Positions 36,999-47,191 of a DNA stretch of 64,000 nucleotides are shown one piece after another. The DNA is from Bacillota bacterium (lineage in GTDB: Bacteria > Bacillota > Desulfitobacteriia > Desulfitobacteriales > JAJXUE01): the NCBI GenBank assembly GCA_021811155.1, contig JAJZPO010000002.1, forward strand, positions 6,042 to 70,041. The letters run 5' to 3'. Position numbers and translations under genes: made by a program. Numbering within the stretch: the first letter of the stretch is position 1; each line of letters opens with the position of its first letter. The notes under the pieces are model-generated. The model made no database searches and was not told the DNA's origin. It was given only the letters and a program-made list of their open reading frames with translations.

Positions 36999-37127
36999 TC
37001 AATTCAGACTCCCATACCGCGTAGCGGCTAGGATAAAGGGGTCGGTTCTATCCGACCTAGCGAATCTTGCCGAATCTCGGTGGGCCCATTTCTAGTAATG
37101 TTTCAGGGCAGGACCGTTGGACGCACC

Positions 37128-37802
37128 CTACTCAAAACGTCGGCGGTTGAGCAAATAACCGGCGCTCCAAAAAGCAATGATGGCAGCGCCGCCTACGATT
37201 AGCCAATGCCACACTTCCTTGGCTATACCCAGGAAGACCAGGGAAGTTCCTACATAGTAAGGAATTATGGATATGGCAGCGGTCCACAGGTAGGGCCAAA
37301 ATCGAATCGAAGGAATCGTGCCGGCAACGTAATTAACGGCGAAAGCTGGCACAGGCAGGAGGCGTGCAACAAATAACCCCCCTGTACCCTTCCTCTTCAC
37401 CCAGTTGTCAATCAGTTTGAAACGGGCAGGAGTAACAAGTTTTTGCATAAGCCTTTGCCCATAATAGCGGGCAATGACAAAAATCACAACAGTGCTTAAA
37501 TTTGACCCCAACCAGGCGAAGACCGTACCCCAATAAACTCCATATACTTTTAGGAAGAGGACCATTAGCCCTTCCGACGGCATAGGGGTCATGCAGACGA
37601 CCGACATCAACAGAATGGCAACAACTACGCCGAATGCCCCAAGGCTAAGAATGATGCTGGAAATCTGATTTCGCCGGTCCAAATAAAGAAAGACCGCGAT
37701 AAATACTGTAAAGGCCATGATGATCAAACCCAGCCAGCCGTGTTTCCTAAGCTTAAGTTTATCGACCGATTCTTTTAGATTCATGTTGCTTGTATCCTGC
37801 AT
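37128..37802 (-). CDS. TVP38/TMEM64 (DedA-related) family membrane protein
   Basis: ARYYGQRL..., GLFVARLLPVPAFAVNYVAGT... pattern. Confidence 0.85.
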   Translation of the reverse strand: MQDTSNMNLKESVDKLKLRKHGWLGLIIMAFTVFIAVFLYLDRRNQISSIILSLGAFGVVVAILLMSVVCMTPMPSEGLMVLFLKVYGVYWGTVFAWLGSNLSTVVIFVIARYYGQRLMQKLVTPARFKLIDNWVKRKGTGGLFVARLLPVPAFAVNYVAGTIPSIRFWPYLWTAAISIIPYYVGTSLVFLGIAKEVWHWLIVGGAAIIAFWSAGYLLNRRRFE

Positions 37803-38199
37803 TTCTTAATTATCTTTGCTGTGTCCTATGACGAAATCAGCGCTAATTATTATAGTAATCTTTTATACAGTAATTTATGTTTCCCACTCCTTCCTGTGCA
37901 AAAACCATGCTGGCCTTTTCAGCCCGGCCCTGAAGGGAATTCTGTTTGGCAGCCCAAATTGAGATGAGACTGTAGATACCTTTTTCCACCCTGGGGTTTG
38001 ATTTTCCTTCAAATTCTCATTAAGTGGTTTTGAGGACACAAAAAATACCAGTCTTTGGTACAGGTATTTTACGGAACAGTAGGAATTTTTATACTTGCGG
38101 CGAATATGTAGGACGTGCGAGAAGGGTTTTTGCAGCACACCTGCCAGTTTCTGCTCAAGGGTATTTCTTGCGGCAGTGAAGAAACAGTAATGAGAGGCT

Positions 38200-39558
38200 A
38201 TGAGCATGGTTACCTTGGAACAAGTTCATCAAAGGCCGGCGCTTCGCTTAACCCCCTCCCAGGCCCTGGTGTTGGGTTTCGCAATGGTTATTTTGGCGGG
38301 CGGCATTTTGTTGAGTCTGCCGGTCTCTGTACAGCAGGGCAAGCATGTTTCCTTTTTGAATGCCCTTTTTACCGCAACCAGCGCCGTTTGCGTGACGGGA
38401 CTGGTAGTTGTCGATACCTATACTACCTACTCGACCTTTGGCCAAATAGTTATTTTGTTGTTGATTCAGACGGGGGGGCTTGGTTTTATGTCCATGGCCA
38501 CCCTGATTGCGGTTCTCATGGGGAGAAAAATCTTGCTGCGCGAGAGACTGCTGCTCCAGGAAGCCATGAATAAGGTCAGTGTTGACGGCGTTGTCCGGCT
38601 GGCCCTGTATGTTTTGAAAGTAACGGCGGTTTTTGAGCTAACCGGAGCCTTAATCCTCATGTTGACCTGGCACGGGCAATTAGGTTGGGGCAAGGCCGCT
38701 TATTACGGTTTGTTTCATGCTGTTTCAGCCTTCAACAACGCCGGGTTTGATTTGTTCGGCAACTATTCCAGTTTAACCAGCCAAGTCTCCAGCATCCCTG
38801 TAAACCTGGTGGTTGGGAGCCTGATAGTTTTTGGTGGGCTAGGGTTCGCCGTGCTCTTGGAACTGCAGCAAATACACACCTGGAAAAGATTGAGCCTCCA
38901 CACTAAGATGGTCGTAATTGCCACAGCAAGCCTCTTGCTGTTAGGATTCCTGGGCTTTGCCTTGCTGGAATGGGAAAATCCCGGAACCATCGGGGGATTG
39001 TCCACAGGCGGCAAATTGCTTGCTTCCATGTTTCAGTCTATTACCCCACGGACGGCCGGGTTTAATACCGTGGATTTTAGTAAACTGGGCGAGGCTACTG
39101 CGTTTCTGCTCACCATCCTGATGTTTATCGGCGCCTCACCCGGATCGACCGGCGGCGGGATCAAGACTACTACAGTGGCCTCGAACCTGGTGGGCATGTA
39201 CTCCCTGATTAACGGGAGAAGCGATTTTAACGTAGGCGGCAGGAGGTTAGCCAAGGACCAGGTTTTCCGGGGGGCGGCAATCGCGCTCTTTGCCATGGCC
39301 TTGGTTACAGTGGTAGCCATCGCGTTGGCTGTGACTGAACACTTACCTATCCTCACCACATTGTTTGAAGCCACTTCAGCCTTTGGCACGGTGGGCTTGA
39401 GTCTGGGCATTACTCCCGCCTTATCACCCCTGGGCAAGTCCCTCATCATGCTTACCATGTTTGCGGGTCGCCTGGGCCCTTTGACTTTAGCAATCGCCCT
39501 TAGCAGAGCAAAAACCAGTAATGTGCGTTACCCGGAGGAAAAAATCCTGATTGGTTGA
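38200..39558 (+). CDS. ktrB: K+ uptake system membrane subunit, TrkH/KtrB family
   Basis: 452 aa. Repeated pore-loop motifs (TAVCVTGL, AFNNAGF, PRTAGFN, FGTVGLS). ATG 38206 is an alternative start with better RBS spacing. Confidence 0.92.
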   Translation: MSMVTLEQVHQRPALRLTPSQALVLGFAMVILAGGILLSLPVSVQQGKHVSFLNALFTATSAVCVTGLVVVDTYTTYSTFGQIVILLLIQTGGLGFMSMATLIAVLMGRKILLRERLLLQEAMNKVSVDGVVRLALYVLKVTAVFELTGALILMLTWHGQLGWGKAAYYGLFHAVSAFNNAGFDLFGNYSSLTSQVSSIPVNLVVGSLIVFGGLGFAVLLELQQIHTWKRLSLHTKMVVIATASLLLLGFLGFALLEWENPGTIGGLSTGGKLLASMFQSITPRTAGFNTVDFSKLGEATAFLLTILMFIGASPGSTGGGIKTTTVASNLVGMYSLINGRSDFNVGGRRLAKDQVFRGAAIALFAMALVTVVAIALAVTEHLPILTTLFEATSAFGTVGLSLGITPALSPLGKSLIMLTMFAGRLGPLTLAIALSRAKTSNVRYPEEKILIG

Positions 39559-39573
39559 GCTGGAGGAGCTTGC

Positions 39574-40224
39574 ATGAAACAATTTGCTGTCATCGGTTTG
39601 GGACGTTTTGGCATCAGTGTGGCCGAAAATCTGCAGAGGATGGGTTTCGATGTTTTGGCCATTGACGAGTCTGAAGAGCGGGTCAATGCTGTAGCATCGC
39701 TGGTGACGCACACCGCCATTGCGGACAGCCTGAACGAAAAGGCGCTGCGCTCGCTTGGAATTCGCAATTTTGACGTGGTTGTGGTCGCCATCGGCCAGGA
39801 CATTCAGGCCAGCATTTTGACCACGCTTCACCTGAAAGAACTTGGCTGCAAACACGTAGTGGTCAAGGCCCAAAACGAGATTCATGGTAAGGTGTTGGAG
39901 AAGATTGGGGCCGACCACGTGGTATTTCCGGAGCGGGATATGGGCGCCCGGGTTGCCCACTACCTGGTTGCAAACAACATTCTTGATTACCTGGAATTGT
40001 CTCCCGAGTATAGTCTTTTGGAATGCCGGTCTCCGGAAAAGCTTGTGGGCAAAAGTCTCAGCCAACTGAATCTGAGAGTTAACATGGGTATTAATGTGGT
40101 GGCTATCAAACGGTCAGCCAGTATTGACCCCTCTCCAGGGGGAGAGACCGTTATCCAAAGGGATGACATTTTGGTAGTAATCGGCCGCAACACAGATTTG
40201 CACAGCTTGGAACAATGTGACTAG
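39574..40224 (+). CDS. ktrA: K+ uptake system NAD-binding subunit, TrkA/KtrA family
   Basis: MKQFAVIGLGRFG (Rossmann GxGxxG), and an RCK_C domain at the C-terminus. Confidence 0.92.
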   Translation: MKQFAVIGLGRFGISVAENLQRMGFDVLAIDESEERVNAVASLVTHTAIADSLNEKALRSLGIRNFDVVVVAIGQDIQASILTTLHLKELGCKHVVVKAQNEIHGKVLEKIGADHVVFPERDMGARVAHYLVANNILDYLELSPEYSLLECRSPEKLVGKSLSQLNLRVNMGINVVAIKRSASIDPSPGGETVIQRDDILVVIGRNTDLHSLEQCD

Positions 40225-41219
40225 CGCCTTAACGCGAAACTTGCAGCAAAGATCAGGTAAAACAGTACCGCATAAGACAGTCGGCCGGCGGACAACCTTT
40301 TACTGCGCAGCGTGTGCCACAAAAACACAATGGATAACACCGTGGCCAGGGCCGCAAAGGTTAAGTAACGGTCAAAGACCCAAGACGTGAAAAAGATTCC
40401 CAGCGCGCTTGGTACGGTTGCCTGTATCATCATGGCGCCGCTGATGTTGCCAAAAGCCAGTTCTTCTTTCCCCTGCCTTACCCAAATCAGGACGTTGATG
40501 ATTTCAGGCAGTTCAGTCGCTATGGGACTCAAGAGCAAGGAGACGATGTGCGCCGGCATCCCCAGGGCAAGGCTCAATGTCTCCAGCCTGTCCACGAAAA
40601 TGCGTGAGCCCAAAAAGATTAGAACCAGAGAAAGTGTGCATTGCCACATAATCCAAATTGTCTGGGGTTCCCTGCGTTTGGGTTGAAATTTAAGCGGTTC
40701 AAGCACATCCTCCGCAGCTGATTCTCCCTCCTTCGCCCTCATCTCAGAGAAAAAGTAAGCTCCATACACGGCGAGAAAGAGCAGGCCTGTCCACTTCTTT
40801 CCGGTAAACACGACCTGGCCGAGCGCCAAGTTGCAGAGAAAGATCAGTAAAAACCACAGTTGGTCACGCCCCAGCTTGCGATGGTTAAGAGTGAGGACGG
40901 TGCCTTGGGACCGCCTCCTGCGAAAAGAAAGCACGCTCCAACCGACAAAGCCGTAAGCGATTGTGCTTAACACCAGGGGACCGCCCAAGGCAGCCCCAAC
41001 CCCTACATCCTTTTGGCTTGCACTGGAGCCAAATACCACTGCTATCAAAGTAACCGCACTTTCGGGCAGCGCAGTGCCAAGGGCGGCCAAAATCGAACCT
41101 ACCGCGCTTTTGGCTATGCCGAATCTTTTCCCGACCCATTCGATGCTGTTTACAAACAATTCACAACTAAAATAAATTAGGATGGCAGACCCTAGCAGAA
41201 CCATCACTGTGACAAACAT
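40221..41219 (-). CDS. Sodium/calcium exchanger (CaCA) family antiporter
   Basis: Two alpha-repeat regions (GSILAALGTALPE, GNISGAMMIQATV). ATG 41219 follows GGGAGGGG; the ORF track starts at 41237. Confidence 0.88.
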   Translation of the reverse strand: MFVTVMVLLGSAILIYFSCELFVNSIEWVGKRFGIAKSAVGSILAALGTALPESAVTLIAVVFGSSASQKDVGVGAALGGPLVLSTIAYGFVGWSVLSFRRRRSQGTVLTLNHRKLGRDQLWFLLIFLCNLALGQVVFTGKKWTGLLFLAVYGAYFFSEMRAKEGESAAEDVLEPLKFQPKRREPQTIWIMWQCTLSLVLIFLGSRIFVDRLETLSLALGMPAHIVSLLLSPIATELPEIINVLIWVRQGKEELAFGNISGAMMIQATVPSALGIFFTSWVFDRYLTFAALATVLSIVFLWHTLRSKRLSAGRLSYAVLFYLIFAASFALRR

Positions 41220-41514
41220 TAAATCCCCTCCCGACATGGCAAAAATAAAAGACCCTTAGTGTATTAACAAGAATACACAAAAGGTCTCGTTACGCATCAA
41301 TATTTCGTAAAACTCTGACCTGCACAAGACCTTACCTATATTGTCAACATTTTTTTACAGTTTATTAGCCAGATGGTGTAAGCTCCGCTTGGTTGATGCC
41401 GGTAACGTTTTTCGTTCAGCAGGCGAAAATCCCCTGTTCTTGCCACTGGTGGAAGGGATTATACCTCCGGTTGCAGAATAAAACTCTGAAGTAGATTCCG
41501 GGGAGGGATTTTAG

Positions 41515-42450
41515 GTGACATTGGAACTTGTATCGGTCCATAAGTCTTTCGGATCCAAGCGGGTTGTGGACGATCTTAACCTCACCATACCTAAGGGTGA
41601 GGTTTTCGGTTTTCTTGGACCAAACGGCGCCGGCAAGACTACAACCATGCGCATGATACTGGATATTATCAGACCGGACAGCGGGCAGATCACCTGGCAA
41701 GGAAAAAGCGTAAGCCTGGAAACCGCCAGGGTCTTCGGCTATCTGCCGGAAGAACGGGGTTTGTACCCCAAAATGGCTGTGGCGGATCAACTGCGCTTTT
41801 TCGCCCGCCTGCGCGGACTGTCGGCGAGCGCAGCGGAAAAGCAAATAAACTATTGGTGCGAAAGGTTCCAGTTGGGTGAGCTTGTCACAAAGAAGGCCAA
41901 CGAACTGTCGAAGGGCAACCAGCAAAAAGTCCAGTTTATCCTGGCAATTCTGCACAACCCTGAACTCCTGATTTTGGATGAACCCTTTTCCGGTCTTGAC
42001 CCAGTCAATGTGGAACTGCTGAAAGCAGCTTTTCACGATATTGCCTCTTCAGGCAAAACCATTCTGTTCTCCAGCCACCGCATGGAACACGTGGAAGAAC
42101 TCTGCAACTCGCTCTGCATAATTGACAAAGGAATTGTTGTGGCCAAGGGCCCTGTCGGAACTGTCAAAGCTCATACCGGGCGGCAAATAATCCACTTGAG
42201 CACAACTGGCTCCCTGGCTTTTCTGACTGAGTTTCCGGTGGATATGTCCCAGGCGCGTTCAGCCAGGAACGGGCAACGGACAGGTGAGCCTGAGGAAGTG
42301 CAGGAAATCGAATTTGACCTCCCCCCAGGAATTGACCCGCAGGCTATCCTGCGCAGCGCCATGGCCCAGGGCGAGGTTAAGCGGTTTGAAATCGGCGCTC
42401 CTTCTCTCAATGAAGTATTCATTACCTTGGTGGGAGGTCAGCAAAAATGA
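41515..42450 (+). CDS. ABC transporter ATP-binding protein (ABC-2/NatA-like)
   Basis: GPNGAGKTT, LSKGNQQKVQ, LILDEPFSGLD. GTG start after GGGAGGG. Confidence 0.92.
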   Translation: MTLELVSVHKSFGSKRVVDDLNLTIPKGEVFGFLGPNGAGKTTTMRMILDIIRPDSGQITWQGKSVSLETARVFGYLPEERGLYPKMAVADQLRFFARLRGLSASAAEKQINYWCERFQLGELVTKKANELSKGNQQKVQFILAILHNPELLILDEPFSGLDPVNVELLKAAFHDIASSGKTILFSSHRMEHVEELCNSLCIIDKGIVVAKGPVGTVKAHTGRQIIHLSTTGSLAFLTEFPVDMSQARSARNGQRTGEPEEVQEIEFDLPPGIDPQAILRSAMAQGEVKRFEIGAPSLNEVFITLVGGQQK

Positions 42451-43712
42451 AGCTTTTTGTGTTAATCAGGCGGGAATACCTGGAAAGGGTACGCAGCAAG
42501 ACCTTTATATTGTCGACCCTGGTAGGCCTGCTGGTGATTGTCGCGCTGTCCTTTGCCCCGGCCATCATGGACAAAATAAGTTCCGCCGACAAGTCGCAGA
42601 TTGCGGTGCTTGAACAGAGCGGTGAAGTTACAAGATATTTGGCTGAGCATCTCCAGGACAAACTGCCTAACGGTGACCGGGAGTTCTCCTTTCAAGCGGT
42701 TACAGCCGGCAAGTCTGATTGGGCGGACAAGAGACAGGCACTGATTGACGAGCTGATTGCCGGCAAGATCTCTGCCTTCATCGAGGTGTCACCACCAGAG
42801 TCACCCGCAGGGGTAATCTGGCATGCCAAGAAAATTGACATGGGCGGCGCTTCGACAAAGGTAAAAACCGTGCTGCAGCAGATGACCACGCAGCAGCGCA
42901 TTCAGGCCAGCGGACTCTCCCAGGCCCAACTGGGCGCAATTTTTGCCCCTGTGGATTTTAAGATTCAAACCGAGGGTTTAAAAGCGAAAACAACCGAACA
43001 ACAGGCCGAAAACATGACCTTAGTCTATTTCCTTTTGTTCATGCTTTATTTTTCCCTGATTGTCTATGGTATGTATGTTGCCAACGGGGTCATTGAGGAG
43101 AAGAGCAACCGCGTCATGGAAATGATGGTTTCAACGGTGGATCCGACCACGATGATGGCCGGCAAGATCATTGGGGTGGGCGCGGTAGGCCTGACGCAAT
43201 ATTTTGTCTGGATCGGGACAGGTCTTGGGCTTTTGGCTCTCAAAGGCAGAGGTATTCCACTCCTGCCAGGCATGACCCTGAAGCTCAGCACCATAGACCC
43301 CCTCTATTTACTCTACTTCGGGGTCTTTTTTATCCTCGGATTTTTGCTGTACGCCGCTTTATACGCCGGTATCGGGGCGATGGTCAGCCGGGCTGAAGAC
43401 ACAAACCAGGCAGTGAGCCCCCTGACCTTTTTGATTGTGATTGGGTTTATGCTGGCTATGTTTTCCCTGGCCAGTCCGGACAATCCGTGGATAGTCGGGC
43501 TGTCATATGTGCCGTTTTTTACACCCATGGTATTTTTCTCCCGCATTGCCCTGACCCACGTGCCTCCGCTCAGTGTGGTGTTGGGAATCATGGACATGCT
43601 GCTGGCAATTTTGCTCTTGATCTGGCTGGCCGGAAAGCTCTACCGCGCAGGTGTCCTGATGTACGGTAAAGTCTCCTGGCGGGACATGCTTCGAGTGCTT
43701 AGGGCCCGGTAA
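42447..43712 (+). CDS. ABC-2 family transporter permease (NatB-like)
   Basis: 421 aa. N-terminal TM segment, a large extracytoplasmic loop, then 5 C-terminal TM segments. 4-nt overlap with the ATPase gene. Confidence 0.88.
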   Translation: MKLFVLIRREYLERVRSKTFILSTLVGLLVIVALSFAPAIMDKISSADKSQIAVLEQSGEVTRYLAEHLQDKLPNGDREFSFQAVTAGKSDWADKRQALIDELIAGKISAFIEVSPPESPAGVIWHAKKIDMGGASTKVKTVLQQMTTQQRIQASGLSQAQLGAIFAPVDFKIQTEGLKAKTTEQQAENMTLVYFLLFMLYFSLIVYGMYVANGVIEEKSNRVMEMMVSTVDPTTMMAGKIIGVGAVGLTQYFVWIGTGLGLLALKGRGIPLLPGMTLKLSTIDPLYLLYFGVFFILGFLLYAALYAGIGAMVSRAEDTNQAVSPLTFLIVIGFMLAMFSLASPDNPWIVGLSYVPFFTPMVFFSRIALTHVPPLSVVLGIMDMLLAILLLIWLAGKLYRAGVLMYGKVSWRDMLRVLRAR

Positions 43713-43733
43713 GCCGGTCTTGTTAGCTGCAAA

Positions 43734-43929
43734 ACAAGAAATGCGCGCTTCGTTTTTCTTCAGCGCGCGCATTTCCCTGCCGAGGCTGAGACCTGCATGT
43801 TCAGTCTCAGCCTCTATAGGACTAGGACCGCGCTAGCCCCGGCCCTTCTTTTGGGTTTGCGCGATCCGTCATAGCATCCCGTGATAGAGATACTCGGCTA
43901 AAGTTGCCGAGTATGTACTTTCCTGAGGT
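43734..43929 (-). repeat. Intergenic two-hairpin repeat, copy B (with a roughly 115-nt internal insertion)
   Basis: acaagaaatgcgcgc..gcgcgcatttc (43734-43775) and gatactcggctaaagttgccgagtatgtactttcctgaggt (43889-43929) match copies A and C. 43776-43888 is extra and contains the hairpin gaggctgagac/gtctcagcctc. Confidence 0.75.
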
Positions 43930-43936
43930 GAAATAA

Positions 43937-43984
43937 AGAGCGGGAAACCACAAAAAATGGGCTTCCCGCTCTTTCGTTATTTTC
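43937..43984. terminator. Hairpin with T-run (terminator-like, usable on both strands)
   Basis: agagcgggaa...ttcccgctct, flanked by aaataa on one side and ttcgttatttt on the other. Confidence 0.6.
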
Positions 43985-44002
43985 CCCTGTCCTGGTCAGG
44001 GC

Positions 44003-44038
44003 CAAACTTAACAGACAAAAACACCTGTCGTCCACTAC
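44003..44038 (-). terminator. Rho-independent terminator of panE
   Basis: The minus strand reads aaaacacctgt...acaggtgttttt followed by gtctg. Confidence 0.7.
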
Positions 44039-44160
44039 AGGTGTTTTCCCAAGATTCTCGAAACGCAATTATTTGCGTATCTCGATGTCAGCTCGTTAAT
44101 CATAATAAAACAAAACCTGATTTTTGTCAAAGGTTGTTTTTGCCGCAAGTATAGCAGTGA

Positions 44161-45087
44161 TTAGTTTAGGCTGGTGCCGTTTTCATAAGGCTTGATCAGT
44201 CCGTACAGGGTGCGGACTGTCGGAACTTCAATTTTAAACTTATCGCCAAGCCTCACCGCAGCCCCCTGCAGGCTCTCCACCTCGAGCGGCAGGCCTTTGC
44301 GGAAGTCTTGGTGCATGGAAGAAGTTGAACCCGAAGAGTAGCTCTCCACACCGGCCAGATTTTGTTGCACAAAGTTGTCCGGCAGGCTTACGCCATTGGC
44401 CTTGGCCAGGTTCGACATCTCCTGCAGCGCCCGGACGTAAACCTGTTTGGTCGCTTTATGCTTGATTATCTGGTCGATAGAAAGGCGGCTTGCAGTTGTC
44501 ACTCCGGAATATGCGGTGATAAAGGTGTATTTGAGCCAGATATTGAGCTTGATATCGCTGCTCAGCGCAACTTTCAGAGTGGTCCTCTTCAACTCTTGCT
44601 CAAGCTGCAGGCAAAATTCCGCCTGCGAGGGGTGAAGCGCGCCAAAGGTTATGTTCTGGAGCTGGCTCGTATGGAGAATTAGACCGGCAGCATCGAGGGT
44701 TGAAATTATCTGGCACATGCCGCCTAAGATATTTTCCGGACCGAATTCTTTGGCCAGCAGGTCAAAATGTTCGACTCCATTCAACAACGGCAGAACTTTG
44801 GCCCCGAGTTTGACCCATGGCCCAAGCTGCGCCATGGCCCCCTCCAGCTGATAATTCTTCACTGCAAGAATCACCAGGTCACAAGCACTAATTTTCTGGC
44901 TGTCCGCCTCTAACTTGGGATCAGGCAGGGTAAAATCACCTAAAGGGCTCTTGATAACCAGGCCAGACCCTGCCAACTGCCTGGCCCTGTTTTCCCGCAC
45001 CAAAAAAGTTACGTCCAGTCCGGCTTCGGCCATCCTGCCGCCGAAATAACCGCCGACCGCACCGGCTCCCACTATACAGATTTTCAT
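44161..45087 (-). CDS. panE: 2-dehydropantoate 2-reductase (ketopantoate reductase)
   Basis: MKICIVGAGAVGGYFGG (Rossmann), ApbA N- and C-domains, 308 aa. Confidence 0.88.
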   Translation of the reverse strand: MKICIVGAGAVGGYFGGRMAEAGLDVTFLVRENRARQLAGSGLVIKSPLGDFTLPDPKLEADSQKISACDLVILAVKNYQLEGAMAQLGPWVKLGAKVLPLLNGVEHFDLLAKEFGPENILGGMCQIISTLDAAGLILHTSQLQNITFGALHPSQAEFCLQLEQELKRTTLKVALSSDIKLNIWLKYTFITAYSGVTTASRLSIDQIIKHKATKQVYVRALQEMSNLAKANGVSLPDNFVQQNLAGVESYSSGSTSSMHQDFRKGLPLEVESLQGAAVRLGDKFKIEVPTVRTLYGLIKPYENGTSLN

Positions 45088-45205
45088 TTTTTAACAGTCA
45101 TCCCCTTCACTTAGAAACGTGAGACCACATCGCCTGGCGACAAACTTATTATACCAAGCCCGCTCCAGGCTGTAACGGACTAAAAGCAATCTTTTACGGC
45201 AATTC

Positions 45206-45631
45206 TTAGCTATGTGCGCCTAACAATAAGGTTTGCATCATTTCTGTACGATTACTTTGAGCAATCTTTGAAGAGGTTCTTATTCGGTTTTTACTTCCAA
45301 AAATACATAAAAAGATTAACGGTAAACTTGAAGCATATGCAACGATAACAGCAGGATTAATAACGAAACCTAATGTTATTACGTTAAAAATAATGTTAAG
45401 TAACAATGATAACCAGTCAGACGCAAATTTAAAAAATTCGTCGATAACCAACCAAGCCTCGCTGTTTAAGTAAGGTTGACGATTTGTCTTAAACTCACTG
45501 GTGCGTAATCTACTTTGCCCTTTAAATGTGTGAATAAACTTTTCAATATATTTTTTAAAAGACTCAAATATCGCTGCGTTTAAAAAATATTGAGACGCTG
45601 AACTAGGGATATACACGATAGCTAATGACAT
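45206..45631 (-). pseudogene. Fragment resembling the N-terminal transmembrane domain of an ABC exporter, in a low-GC patch
   Basis: 141 aa. Hydrophobic helices plus a ...KNRIRTSSKIAQSNRTEMMQTL... pattern as in ABC_membrane domains. No ATPase domain follows. The local AT-richness contrasts with the flanks. Confidence 0.35.
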
Positions 45632-45916
45632 TACAAATAATAGCAGCCAAATTGAAAAATTCTCATTTAAAGCTATTGACTTGCTGAGTCAAACACCTGG
45701 TTCTTTTTCTTTTCTGTTTGGCCCCACCTGGTGACTACTTCTCTAGTACTACCCCATCTACTTTGGTAATGGTAAATCCTCAAGCCAATATTATCCATGC
45801 GTTTGCGGGTGGTGACAGCTACGCTGGGACTACCCCTTAATGTCGAAAAGACGGCTAAGCCACAGGTACAACCCCTTGCAAGGGGCTTTTCCCTGTGGCT
45901 TGGTATCTCAACATGC

Positions 45917-46549
45917 CTAATGCTGGAGCAATTTATCAAACTTCCAGCCGTCCTTGTACTTGCGCAGCTGTACCTTGTAAGGCCGGTCTCTGGGTGTGTC
46001 CCAGGGAATACTGTCATCACCCGTAACATCCACGCATTCTATATGGATATTATGGTTATCAAACACCGATTTTTCCGGGTTCAGGTATTTCGCCAATTCC
46101 GAGCCGGTTGGTTCCAGCTTTAGAACGAAATCTACGACAGCGGTTGCTTCATCCGGACTGAAGGAGAAGCCCGTTACTTGAACCAGCTTTGGCCTGGCGA
46201 CTGTTGCTGCATAGCGGGGCCCCCAGACGGTGTCCACCGGCTTAAACATTTTCTTGCCTTTCGGCGTCACACTGCTCGTTACGTACCAGGTGCCGTTCTG
46301 GCCCTTATTGACGGCATAATCAAGCACACCCAGGTCACTGAGAAACTTTTCCGGGTCCTCAGCTGCTGCTCCGATACGTTGGCCCACAGAAATGTAGGCT
46401 CGATATTCAACATGGGATATTTTTGCAGCAATGATTTCCTGAACCTTTTCTGAAGCAAGATTCTGTTGGGAACATCCAGTCAATAACAGACCTAAGCACA
46501 CCAACGCCAGCGAAAACCACACCAAACCATTAGTTTTTCTGCAAATCAC
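45917..46549 (-). CDS. Lipoprotein, unknown function
   Basis: Signal peptide with lipobox LLLTGC. GTG start after GGGGAGG. Confidence 0.8.
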   Translation of the reverse strand: MICRKTNGLVWFSLALVCLGLLLTGCSQQNLASEKVQEIIAAKISHVEYRAYISVGQRIGAAAEDPEKFLSDLGVLDYAVNKGQNGTWYVTSSVTPKGKKMFKPVDTVWGPRYAATVARPKLVQVTGFSFSPDEATAVVDFVLKLEPTGSELAKYLNPEKSVFDNHNIHIECVDVTGDDSIPWDTPRDRPYKVQLRKYKDGWKFDKLLQH

Positions 46550-46681
46550 CTAAAACCTCCCCAGTGCTTATAGTTCCGAACAACGCCACCCCTAACGACG
46601 CTGAGCCAACAGGGCAGTATATACATATTCGGAAGCTGGAGAGAAAAGAAATTTAATGCAGCTTGGGATGACTCCCTGAGC

Positions 46682-47167
46682 CTACACCGTATACCCCAAA
46701 CTGCCGGTAGGACATTTCTTGACGCATTCCAGACATTTCGAGCAGCTGTAATGCACCGAAGGATTAGCCTTGTTCTTTTTGTACAGGCTGTAGTCAGGGT
46801 TCAAGGCTGCGATGTAGCAGGCTTTGTCGCATACCCCGCAGTTGACGCAGAGGCTTGCCTTTCTTTTAACTTTAAACAGGCTGAACCTGTTCAGGAACCC
46901 GCTGATCCACGCGATGGGACAGCCAAGTTTATAATAACTGTACAACTGCCTCTGCCGGTTCTCGGGATTAAGGCTCATCAAAACTTCCATGACCAGCCCA
47001 ATTGGGCACATCCAGCGGCAAAAGACTTTGCCCAGCACTATACCCAGGGCAGAGCCAAAAAGAATCACATAGAGCAGGTTGATGTTAAGGTAAACTATGG
47101 CTAAGTAAAGCAGTACCGCTAATACCGCCTGAATGATTCGCCTGACCGAGGCTACTTTCTTGAACAT
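46682..47167 (-). CDS. Membrane-bound 4Fe-4S binding protein (NapH/MauN-like)
   Basis: FCRWMCPIG, CVNCGVCDKAC, CSKCLECVKKCP. ATG 47167 lies 9 nt after GGAG; the ORF track starts at 47182. Confidence 0.85.
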   Translation of the reverse strand: MFKKVASVRRIIQAVLAVLLYLAIVYLNINLLYVILFGSALGIVLGKVFCRWMCPIGLVMEVLMSLNPENRQRQLYSYYKLGCPIAWISGFLNRFSLFKVKRKASLCVNCGVCDKACYIAALNPDYSLYKKNKANPSVHYSCSKCLECVKKCPTGSLGYTV

Positions 47168-47191
47168 TAAGTTACACTCCATTTCACGCTT

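Noticed and set aside
37803-38199. Searched the roughly 400-bp region upstream of ktrB (both strands) for a c-di-AMP (ydaO/kimA-type) riboswitch, as found before ktrAB in Bacillus. Also considered ORFs 37875..38207 and 38115..38573.
   Set aside because: I could not find the paired ACGGGG-A-CC / GGGG-GAAUC / CCCG..CAGCUAAC signatures on either strand. The ORFs lack an RBS and overlap ktrB. The region remains unexplained, but no riboswitch can be supported by eye.
45673-46029. 118-aa minus-strand ORF overlapping the 3' end of the lipoprotein gene.
   Set aside because: Its N-terminal half is the shadow frame of the lipoprotein gene. Only the last roughly 40 residues (an integrase-tail-like pattern) are of interest, and they are treated as a possible remnant rather than a gene.
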